From contig NC_092677.1 of the NCBI RefSeq assembly GCF_964355755.1, forward strand, positions 12,298,101-12,362,100: 64,000 nt of DNA. The letters run 5' to 3'. This document shows, piece by piece, positions 1 to 10,571 of this stretch. The position numbers and the translations under genes are program-made. The first letter of the stretch is position 1. The number at the start of each line of letters is the position of its first letter. This DNA is from Antedon mediterranea (Eukaryota > Animalia > Echinodermata). The notes beneath the pieces were generated by a model. It was not told the origin of the DNA, made no database searches, and saw nothing but the letters and a program-made list of their open reading frames with translations.

Positions 1-3000
1 CCCATTAAGAATAGATGATGAATTTAAATTTGACCAACAATCCGATATGTTAATTAACCACCTCAATTCCAGATCATCTACTCTTGACCATTGCAAATAT
101 TTCGACATTGACCAATTTAATAAACTTACAGAAACACTAAATAGCACTAATAATTTATCTCTTTTTCATCTTAATGTTAGAAGTGTTTCTAATAAGTTTG
201 ATAAATTGAATGATATTTTTCATTGTATCAATCTCAAATTCTCTGTCATTGGTCTTTCCGAGACTTGGTTAAATGACCGAAAAGTATACCCATTTCTAGA
301 TGACTATACTTTCTTATGTAGCAATCGACTTGGCAATAAAGTAGTTGGTGGTGTCGGCATTTTAGTTAATAACTTAATAAGAAATGATCTAGTATTACCT
401 AATGAAATATGCGATTCCCTCTTTATAGAAATTGTTCATAAAAACAAACAAAAATCTATAATTGGCGTTATTTATAAATCACCTGAGTCAAATATTGAAA
501 ATTTCTCTAAATTAATAAATGAACTGCTTTCCAATATAAGCTCTGAAAATAAATTCTGAAATATAATGGGTGACTTTAATATTGACTTTATTAAATTTCA
601 TAATAAAGATCTAATTAATAATTATCTTAACGTTATCTTATCTAACTCCTTTTTCCCTACTATTTCCATACCAACAAGAATTACAAAACATAGCGCAACC
701 CTTATTGATCATTTTTATTCAAATCATATTAATTCTGAAATCGTTTCTGGTATTATAATTTCAGATATTTCCGATCATTTAGCAATTTTTGAAATAATTG
801 ATTATGATTTACAAACCAACACTAATACTATTGATTATTCATATTTTATTCGTGATTTAAATTCATTTAGTTCTGATCTCTTAGAAACTGATTGGTCCCA
901 TGTATATGATTGTAATACTAAATCCTCTTTTGATACATTTATTGAAATATTTTCTTCTGTTCATCAAAACCACATAGTCACCAAAGAAAAACCCATGCAG
1001 AAAAAGAAATGCAAACAGCCATGGATGTCACCCACTCTTCTTAAGTGTAGTAAGCGTAAACATAAACTTTATAAACAATTCATTAAATCTCGAAACATTC
1101 ATGATAAAAGAACATACAAAAAATATAATAACTTGTTTACTGCTCTTTGTCGAACAGCCAAAAAAAAATATTATGAAGAAAAATTTAATCAAGTTAAAAC
1201 TAACATTAAGAAGGTATGGGAAGTGATAAATTCAGTGATAAATCCTGGTAAAAAAATCCAATAAACGACCGAAAGTTTTGAAAATCGGAGATGAATACGT
1301 TTATGACACAAATTCTATTTGTAACTATTTTAATGATTATTTTTCAGAAATAGGTAAAATATCAAGTAACTCCATACCCGACAATAACATTGATCTGCTT
1401 AAATATTTACCACCTCCATCCCCAAATTCATTCTTCATAAACCCTGTAACAGAATCTGAAGTATTAAATATAATTTACAACCTTGATTCCAATAAAGGAT
1501 CAGGACATGATTATCTAACACCATCAGTTCTTAAAAAAGTAATTCCTTTTATTCTAAACCCCCTAACGCATGCTATTAATTTATCCTTCACCACAGAAAT
1601 TGTATCAAATCACCTAAAATTAGCCAAAGTTATTCCTGTTTTCAAAACTGGTGATACTAACTTACTTAAAAATTACAGACCCATTTCTATTCTTCCTGTT
1701 TCACAAAAATAATAGAAAAGCTAATGCATACTCGCCTTTACACATATCTTATTGAATATAATTTATTAAATAACCACCAATATGGATTTCGTACAAATCA
1801 TTCCACTAGTCATGCTATTCTTGAACTTATAAATTATGTTAATATTGCGTTTGAAAATAAACAATTTTTATAAAGCACTTTTCTTGATTTATCTAAGGCT
1901 TTTGATGTTGTGAACCATGATATTTTACTTTCAAAACTGTTTTGTTATGGTATTAGAGGTGTTTAATTTTCTTGGTTTCAATCTTATCTTAGCAATCGCA
2001 AATCATATGTTCAAATTGAAAATTGTAAATCATCGGTGAGCAGTATGTCGTGTGGTGTGCCACAAGGGTTAATGATTTAACTTTAGTTAGTGACACTCTG
2101 CACACTGTCTCTTTTGCCGATGATACTACTTTATTTTACTCCAATAATAATATTGATTTGTTATTTAATACATTTAATTATGAGTTGTGCAAGATTAGTG
2201 ACTGGTTCAAAACAAATAAGCTATTAATTAATACCTCAAAAACAAATTTTATTCTATTTCATAATCGCCATATTAAGCATAAATTGCAAAACAAAAATGT
2301 TGATGTTTTTCTAAATGGTGAAAGGCTAGAGAAAGACTGAGCGAAACTTTATTTCTTGGGGTATTAATTCATGAAAATTTAAATTGGACTGGACATCAAA
2401 AACGTATTTCTAATAAAATTTCTAAATACATAGGTATTATAAGCAAACTGAGATATTTTTTTCCTCAACATGTTCTACTTTCTTTATATAATTCGTTTAT
2501 TCTACCATATTTATTATACTGCAACATTATTTGGGCAGCCGATTACCCTTCAAATCTACACCAAATTCTTATATTACAAAAACGTGTCGTTCGCTTAATA
2601 ACTTTTTCGCCATTTAGAACGCCCTCTGAACCTCTATTTAAGAAGTTAAACATCGTAAAAATTAATGACCTTCACACAATTCAAGTTACTTCGTTTATGT
2701 TTCAGTATGTCAATAATTTGCTACCTATATCGATTTCAATGGTTTTTTTCTAATCGTTTATTACTCCATACATATAACATAAGGAAACCTAATTTATTAT
2801 TTGTCCCTTCCGTAAGACTGAGGAAAAGCCAATTTTTCATTACTTTTTCAGGTCCCACACAATGGAATAACCTAGATACAGCCACTATTAACGTTAAATC
2901 AATTAAACTTTTTAGAAGAAATATGAAAATGCAATGTTTATCAAAGTATCAGTCAGATGACTGATAATTATTTGCGCAATCTTTAGTTTTTTAGTATTTT

Positions 3001-3210
3001 ATATTGGTTTGTTTTCTTTTTTGTTGTTGTTTCTTTTTGTTTGTTTTTTATTTGGGGTCATTATGAGACAAATATTTTTACTTCTAATCTTGATCCCCTA
3101 TTTATGGTCTTTTGTTTATCATTAATTGATTATATTGTATGTATTTTGTTTACATCTGTATTGTTATACATTTATGTATTAATTTGACCATATTTACTAA
3201 TAAATATATA
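1..3210 (+). mobile_element. Decayed non-LTR retrotransposon (CR1/L2/Crack/Daphne group), ORF2 with APE endonuclease and reverse transcriptase, plus 3' UTR
   Basis: ORF fragments 47-559, 566-1264, 1278-1712, 2050-2340 and 2665-2964 give APE motifs (HLNVRS, GLSETWL, GGVG, MGDFNID, PTRIT, TLIDH, SDHLAI) and RT motifs ([39 protein letters not shown]). Broken by stops, frameshifts and a deletion right after GVPQG (~2069). T-rich 3' UTR with AATAAA near 3198. Confidence 0.93.
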
Positions 3211-3355
3211 TTGAAAGAACTTTTTGTTCAGATTGCCTAAAGTCTTCATTGTAGCCTAACGGTATTCTTTTTAAATTAATTTAAAAATTAGGCATTAAAA
3301 ATTAGGGGATCTGCTAGGTTCCCTCCCGGATAAATTCTTCCAATGTAAAGATTAA

Positions 3356-3699
3356 AGATGTATTGTCCCCCAAAATCATGAAAAATAAAGATTTTTTAAA
3401 TCGGACTTTGAATAGGCCATTTTGCAGTTTTAATGAAGTTGTTCACTTCCATAAGAAAAAAAACGGGGGAAAAAAATTATTTCACCTATAAAAAGACAAA
3501 ATAAACAGTTAAATTACCCAAAAACTCATTGTCTTCCAGACAATTTGACCATTTTTTGCTTTAAATTACATTTTCCTCAGGTAAATAAATTTTTTTCAGA
3601 CCCAATTTTTTGTGAGAGTGAATAACTATTATGTGACATTAAAATAACATATTCAACAAAAAATTTTAAAAAATATTTTTTTAGGGGGACAATATATCT
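3356..3699. mobile_element. Non-autonomous DNA transposon (Kolobok-like MITE, TTAA target duplication)
   Basis: TIRs AGATGTATTGTCCCCC / GGGGGACAATATATCT, flanked by TTAA at 3352-3355 and 3700-3703. Removing it restores AAAGATTAACAACATCAAAATTCAAC, the empty site seen in the downstream repeat units (e.g. 3846-3870). AG...CT termini with TTAA fit Kolobok rather than piggyBac. Confidence 0.8.
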
Positions 3700-4119
3700 T
3701 TAACAACATCAAAATTCAACATTGGGTGGGCTTCTTTTCCAAATGGACTTCTTTTCGAGATTACTTTCAAACTAAATGATGGGATCTGCTACCCGCCATA
3801 AGAAATTGCTTTTTTTATATATAGTTTGAGTAATCTTCTAATGAAAAGATTAACAACATCAAAATTCAACAGTGTGGCGTGATGACCGCAATGACTAACA
3901 ATACCATCTTCCCCACTACATCTGCACCAACTCATTTGCATAATAACGCACAGCATACCAACTGTTCAATATTTGTATAGGAGTCGCAATCAATGGGTTT
4001 GCTGGATGGCCAGGCTTGTTCAGGCTGCTATTGTTCATCATTTAATTTATTGTATCAGTTGTTTTATTTCTCATTAATTCATTTTATTTATTCATGCTCA
4101 AACACAGTAAAATGTTGTA

Positions 4120-4305
4120 CAGTCAACTCTCCCAATACCGGACTCTCTGAAAACCAGAAACTCTCCCAATACCAGACTTTTTTTGAGGACCAAAAGGTCC
4201 CAAATTTATTTTTACCATTAAAAACACATTCCGAATACCAGACTTTCCGGAAAACCAGACTTATTTGTCCGGCCCAAAGGTGTCCGGTATTGGGAGAGTT
4301 GACAG
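4120..4305. mobile_element. pogo/Tigger-like MITE (Tc1/mariner superfamily), 186 bp, TA target duplication
   Basis: 24-bp TIRs CAGTCAACTCTCCCAATACCGGAC / GTCCGGTATTGGGAGAGTTGACAG (1 mismatch), TA on both sides; empty site TGTTGTACATGG in unit 2 (~6279-6290). Confidence 0.92.
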
Positions 4306-4552
4306 TACATGGTTTGAAATCATTTTCGTTTGTTCAAAGTTAAAAATTCACACACAAATTGTGAAATTATTTATTAAAATAATGCATATGTATTTAAATG
4401 AATAAATAAAGAGAATACAATAGCCAGACTGGGCATCGGCACCTTTACACATTTCTATTTATTTGTTCCTAACTTTCTGACATAACTTAGGTGTTCTTAA
4501 AATTGAGGGCGCCAAACATAAAATTTACGATATCGGAGAGACGCGGGAAGCC

Positions 4553-4800
4553 AAAAAAAAAATGATGTTGTGCTCCCTTGCCTCTAGCACGGTAAGGCTC
4601 TCTCACAGCCTTGGGGGTACCACACATCAGATGCTTTGATGTTATTGCCTCATGATGTGTGGTGGAAAGGGGGACGTTTAAATCTGTGAACCCCAAACAC
4701 AGAAGCTCGCATAGCTTTAACTCTTTTCCACCGACCGGCATGGGGTTTGAACCCATGATAATCGTGTTCCACGACGCTCTACCAACTGAGCTATCCGGCC
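4553..4800 (-). ncRNA. tRNA-headed structured element (SINE or Pol III ncRNA), copy 1
   Basis: Minus strand GGCCGGATAGCTCAGTTGGTAGAGCGTCGTGGAACACGATTATCATGGGTTCAAACCCCATGCCGGTC: A box, B box, acceptor, D and T stems, but the anticodon loop is collapsed to 3 nt. Followed by ~170 nt of hairpins and a T10 run. Confidence 0.65.
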
Positions 4801-4954
4801 CTCTGATTTATAGCAAGGTTAAAACTAGATTAGTTTCCTCAAATTACGTCATGAATATGCAAATTTATGACGTAACGATTAGATTGACGTAATATGAAGC
4901 GCGTAGATTACACTATTGTCACCTTTCATTACTCGTGTACATTGTGTGGCATAA

Positions 4955-5039
4955 CGGGTAGTGGTCTAGTATTACTATCGTTTTGATTCTCTCAGCTCTA
5001 CTAGCTGGGGTTCGAACCTCTACGGATTTCTTTTTTTTT
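4955..5039 (+). pseudogene. Degenerate tRNA-derived element (tRNA-Glu-like), divergent from the element above; further copies at 6934-7018, 8904-8992 and 9309-9386
   Basis: GTGGTCTAGT (A-box-like) ... CTCTCAG ... GGGTTCGAACC (B box), then a T run. The cloverleaf is not intact. Confidence 0.5.
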
Positions 5040-6530
5040 AAATGTAACTATAAAATGTTTTTCTTTTATTTTGAAAAAGATATTTAGAGAATAGAGAGTC
5101 AAGTTAATTTAGGATAGGCATGGGCTGGTCCGATCCTGAAGACTTATATTTATATTTAATATGATATAGGAGGCGTGGCGGCTTCAACAACGTGTGCTTT
5201 GGAGCGTATCGATCAAAATAAGTTGAGTGAGACAGAACACCCTTGTTTAATATGTTATGTATTACTATTTATCATTTTATTAATTATTTAAAGGTGTTTA
5301 TCAAACACTTTGTACCTAACATTGATAGGCCAAGGAGTCTTATTATACTTCTTAAGTATGCGTACTCAACCAATTCAAATCTTAAAATTTCAGAAATTAT
5401 TGTAAGAAATATAACTAACTCGATCTGTACGGATTTTTGTTTTAATAATTATAAAATGTTTATCTTTTATTTTGAAAGACAGATATTTAATTTAGAGAGT
5501 CAAGTTAATTAGGATAATATTAATGTATTAACAAGATCAAAATTGACCGCCGCGAATGACTAACAATTTTATTGTCAGAGAAAAAGGGAATTATAATTCT
5601 CTTTGTTACGTGTTTAGAAAAGAATTTATATCTCATCGTAGTTTGGTATGTCGGCGTTGTTATGCAAATGAGTTTGTGCAGGTGTAGTGGGAAAGATGGT
5701 TTTAATATTCATTCGCGGTCAACACGCCACACTGTTAAATTTTGGGCTAAAACATTTACAACAGCAAAAATTGGGTGGCAAAAGCCACACAAAAATAAAA
5801 GATGTTATGGTGTGCTCTCCCTGCCTCAGCACTAAGGCCAATTGAAGCCAAATGTGCTCCTTCATTTGTTAGTACAGTACTCTTGGGTGGGCTTCTTTTC
5901 CAAATGGACTTCTTTTCGAGATTACTTTCAAACTAAATGATGGGATCTGCTACCCGCCCGAAGAAATTGCTTTTTTTATATATAGTTTGAATAATCTTCT
6001 AATGAAAAGATTAACAACATCAAAATTCAACAGTGTGGCGTGATGACCGCAATGACTAACAATACCATCTTCCCCACTACACCTGCACCAACTCATTTGC
6101 ATAATAACGCACAGCATACCAACTGTTCAATATTTGTATAGGAGTCGCAATCAATGGGTTTGCTGGATGGCCATGCTTGAATTGTTCAGGCTGCTATTGT
6201 TCATCATTTAATTTATTGTATCAGTTGTTTTATTTCTCATTAATTCATTTTATTTATTCATGCTCAAACACAGTAAAATGTTGTACATGGTTTGAAATCA
6301 TTTTCGTTTGTTCAAAGTTAAAAATTCACACACAAATTGTGAAATTATTTATTAAAATAATGCATATGTATTTAAATGAATAAATAAAGAGAATACAATA
6401 GCCAGACTGGGCATCGGCACCTTTACACATTTCTATTTATTTGTTACTAACTTTCTGACATAACTTAGGTGTTCTTAAAATTGAGGGCGCCAAACATAAA
6501 ATTTACGATATCGGAGAGACGCGGGAAGCC

Positions 6531-6779
6531 AAAAAAAAAAATGATGTTGTGCTCCCTCGCCTCTAGCACGGTAAGGCTCTCTCACAGCCTTGGGGGTACC
6601 ACACATCAGATGCTTTGATGTTATTGCCTCATGATGTGTGGTGGAAAGGGGGACGTTTAAATCTGTGAACCCCAAACACAGAAGCTCGCATAGCTTTAAC
6701 TCTTTTCCACCGACCGGCATGGGGTTTGAACCCATGATAATCGTGTTCCACGACGCTCTACCAACTGAGCTATCCGGCC
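6531..6779 (-). ncRNA. tRNA-headed structured element, copy 2
   Basis: Near-identical to 4553-4800. Confidence 0.65.
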
Positions 6780-8511
6780 CTCTGATTTATAGCAAGGTTA
6801 AAACTAGATTAGTTTCCTCAAATTACGTCATGAATATGCAAATTTATGACGTAACGATTAGATTGACGTAATATGAAGCGCGTAGATTACACTATTTTCA
6901 CCTTTCATTACTCGTGTACATTGTGTGGCATAACGGGTAGTGGTCTAGTATTACTATCGTTTTGATTCTCTCAGCTCTACTAGCTGGGGTTCGAACCTCT
7001 ACGGATTTCTTTTTTTTTAAATGTAACTATAAAATGTTTTTCTTTTATTTTGAAAAAGATATTTAGAGAATAGAGAGTCAAGTTAATTTAGGATAGGCAT
7101 GGGCTGGTCATGAAGACTTATATTTATATTTAATATGATATAGGAGGCGTGGCAGCTTCAACAACGTGTGCTTTGGAGCGTATCGATCAAAATAAATTGA
7201 GTGAGACAGAACACCCTTGTTTAATATGTTATGTATTACTATTTATCATTTTATTAATTATTTAAAGGTGTTTATCAAACACTTTGTACCTAACATTGAT
7301 AGGCCAATGAGTCTTATTATACTTCTTAAGTATGCGTACTCAACCAATCCAAATCTTAAAATTTCAGAAATTATTGTAAGAAATATAACTAACTCGATCT
7401 GTACGGATTTTTGTTTTAATAATTATAAAATGTTTATCTTTTATTTTGAAAGACAGATATTTAATTTAGAGAGTCAAGTTAATTAGGATAATATTAATGT
7501 ATTAACAAGATCAAAATTGACCGCCGCGAATGACTAACAATTTTATTGTCAGAGAAAAAGGGAATTATAATTCTCTTCGTTACGTGTTTAGAAAAGATTT
7601 TATATCTCATCGTAGTTTGGTATGTCGGCGTTGTTATGCAAATGAGTTTGTGCAGGTGTAGTGGGAAAGATGGTTTTAATATTCATTCGCGGTCAACACG
7701 CCACACTGTTAAATTTTGGGCTAAAACATTTACAACAGCAAAAATTGGGTGGCAAAAGCCACACAAAAATAAAAGATGTTATGGTGTGCTCTCCCTGCCT
7801 CAGCACTAAGGCCAATTGAAGCCAAATGTGCTCCTTCATTTTTTAGTACAGTACTCTTGGGTGGGCTTCTTTTCCAAATGGACTTCTTTTCGAGATTACT
7901 TTCACACTAAATGATTGGATCTGCTACCCGCCCGGAGAAATTGCTTTTTTTATATATAGTTTGAATAATCTTCTAATGAAAAGATTAACAACATCAAAAT
8001 TCAACAGTGTGGCGTGATGACCGCAATGACTAACAATACCATCTTCCCCACTACACCTGCACCAACTCATTTGCATAATAACGCACAGCATACCAACTGT
8101 TCAATATTTGTATAGGAGTCGCAATCAATGGGTTTGCTGGATGGCCATGCTTGTTCAGGCTGCTATTGTTCATCATTTAATTTATTGTATCCGTTGTTTT
8201 AATTTCTCATTATCAATTATTCACTTAATTCATTTCATTTATTCATGCTCAAACACAGTAAAATGTAGTACATGGTTTGAAAACATTTTCGTTTGCTCAA
8301 AGTTAAAATTTCACACAAATTATGAAATTATGTATTACAATAATGCATATGTATTTAAATAAACAGAGAGAATACACTAGCCAGGCTAGGTATCGGCATC
8401 TTTACACATTTCTATATTTATTTGTTCCTAGTTTTCTGACATAACTTAGATGTTCTTAAAATTGAGGGCGCCAAACATAAAATTTACGATATCGGAAAGA
8501 GGCGGAAAGCC

Positions 8512-8758
8512 AAAAAAAAAATGATGTTGTTCTTCCTTGCCTCTAGCACGGTAAGGCTCTCTCACAGCCTTGGGGGTACCACACATCACATGCTTTGATG
8601 TTATTGCCTCATGATGTGTGGTGGAAAGGGGGACGTTTAAGTCTGTGAACCCCAAACACAGAAGCTCGCATAGCTTTAACTCTTTTCCACCGACCGGCAT
8701 GGGGGTTGAACCCACGATATCGTGTTCCACGACGCTCTACCGACTGAGCTATCCGGTC
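8512..8758 (-). ncRNA. tRNA-headed structured element, copy 3 (diverged)
   Basis: Same element with several substitutions; acceptor stem GACCGG/CCGGTC is fully Watson-Crick here. Confidence 0.6.
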
Positions 8759-9749
8759 CTCTGATTTCTAGCAAGGTTAAAACTCGATTCGTTTTCTCAA
8801 AATTACGTCATGAATATGCAAATTTATGACGTAAGGATTCGAATGACGTAATATGAAGCGCGTATATAAGACTATACTCTTTGTTACCTACATTGTGGCA
8901 TAACGGGTAGTGCTCTAGTAACTACCGTTTGGATTCTCTCAGCGCTACTAGCTGGGGTTCGAATCTGTACGGATTTCTTTATTTTTTTTTTTAATATAAA
9001 ATGTTTTTCTTTTATTTTGAAAAAGATATTTAGAGAGTCAAGTTAATTTAGGATAGGCAGGGGTTGGTCCTGGAGACTTATGTTAATATATTTCGAAGTC
9101 CAATTTCCGGGCACATGGCAACTCTATTTTTCTAAATTATTAGCTTCACCCACAACCATGGTGGGCTGGTCCTGTAGACTTATAATTTCGTTTGATATTG
9201 TTTTTATTTCCTCAAAATTACGTCATGAATATGAAAATTTATGACATAACGATTAGATTGACGTAATATGAAGCGCGTATAAAACTATACTATTGTCACC
9301 TTTCATAACGGGTAGTTGTCTAGTAGCTATCGTTTGGATTATCTCAGCTCTACTAGCTGGGGTTCGAATCTGTACGGATTTCTTTTAAAATAAATATATA
9401 AAACGTTTTTCTTTTAATTTGAAAAAGACATTTAGAGAGTCAAGTTAATTTAGGATGGAGACTTATATTCCAATTCCGGGAACCTGGAACTCCATTTTTT
9501 TTTCTAAATTATTAGGGCTGGTCCTGTAGAATTATATTTCATTTCATATTGTTTTTATTGAACCATGTTTCATGGGGGTAGCCTATCCAGCAAAGCTGAT
9601 CATTGGCGCCCTCTACAATACAATACAATACAAACAGTAAAAATACATTATCATAAACAAATAAAAAAAACTACTTGAAATATAAGAATTGTGATAAAAT
9701 TTCCAGATTTCATAAAATTCAAAACTCAAATATTAAAATATAATTTTAT

Positions 9750-10380
9750 TTATTTTTTTTTTTTTATTCCGGTATATAAAACATTACAAAAAGCAGAACA
9801 AGTCTGAAATTATTGTAGCACATTATATAAAAAATTTACATTACAGATAAAAAATACAAAACAATTTACAATATGCAATAATGCAATACAATAATACAAA
9901 TGAGAATTCAATATATACACAAAGGCTCAACATGCTAATTTTATGTACAATTTTAAAATACAGGCAAAATTAGTTAAATTTAGGACATGGATCTCCATGG
10001 ATAAGATATTGTTTAAAATACACGTAGATTGCATGCCGAATAAAGGACAGGAGATTATTAAGTAAGGTTGGGGCTAGTCAAAGCTACGCTTGTAAGTTTC
10101 AGTCTTAGGACGAGGAACAGCAAAAAAAAAAAATTCTTGTTGCATTTGTCGTTCAAGTAGGTTGGAGCTATGTTGTTTTATGACATTAAATGCGAGGCAA
10201 CCTAGTTGGTAACGAGTCCTTTTTTTCCTACATTTAATATATCAGTATATGAAAGAACATTGGATGTATCTGTTCTTGGTGAGAGATTTCTGAGAATACG
10301 GAGAGCTAGGTTCTGAAGAACTTGTACTTTATTAACATTGGCTTTACAAGAGCCCATATAAAACATTATTTCTATTTTAT
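9750..10380 (-). mobile_element. Probable 3' fragment of a LINE (RT C-terminus and poly-A tail)
   Basis: Minus strand near 9970-10080 reads LAPTLLNNLLSFIRHA..FKQYL, like the 'P.LWN.LP..IR....FK..L' end of CR1/L2 ORF2; the T run at ~9752-9764 would be its poly-A tail. The 5' boundary is uncertain. Confidence 0.45.
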
Positions 10381-10571
10381 ATCACTGTGCTCCACCGGTG
10401 ACAAATTTGATCCACTGGACTAGACCAGTTACCGTAGTACTATTTCTATTTCTGAAGTAAATAAAGGCATAATTGGCGCTCCACACACACTACGTACAAA
10501 ACATGGAAGTGGTCATGTGAAAATGAGTACTCCTCTTCCTAGGCCTAGGTGACAAAAAAGAGAGTTTCCAT

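Larger units (their letters stand above)
3722..9080. repeat. Tandem repeat with a ~1.97-kb unit, about 2.6 copies
   Basis: Units begin TTGGGTGGGCTTCTTTTCC at 3722, 5883 and 7857. Units 1 and 2 are near-identical (unit 1 has an extra MITE); unit 3 is partial and more diverged. An extra sub-segment copy lies at ~9205-9470. Confidence 0.95.

Noticed and set aside
4733-4800. Functional tRNA gene
   Set aside because: The anticodon loop is only 3 nt and the element continues ~170 nt before the T run; tRNA-derived, not a decoding tRNA.
3993-8730. Repeated short ORFs in the tandem units (e.g. MGSNPMPVGG..., MVERGTFK..., MSEKKG...)
   Set aside because: They recur only because the DNA is repeated; frameshifts differ between units and no protein motif is recognisable.
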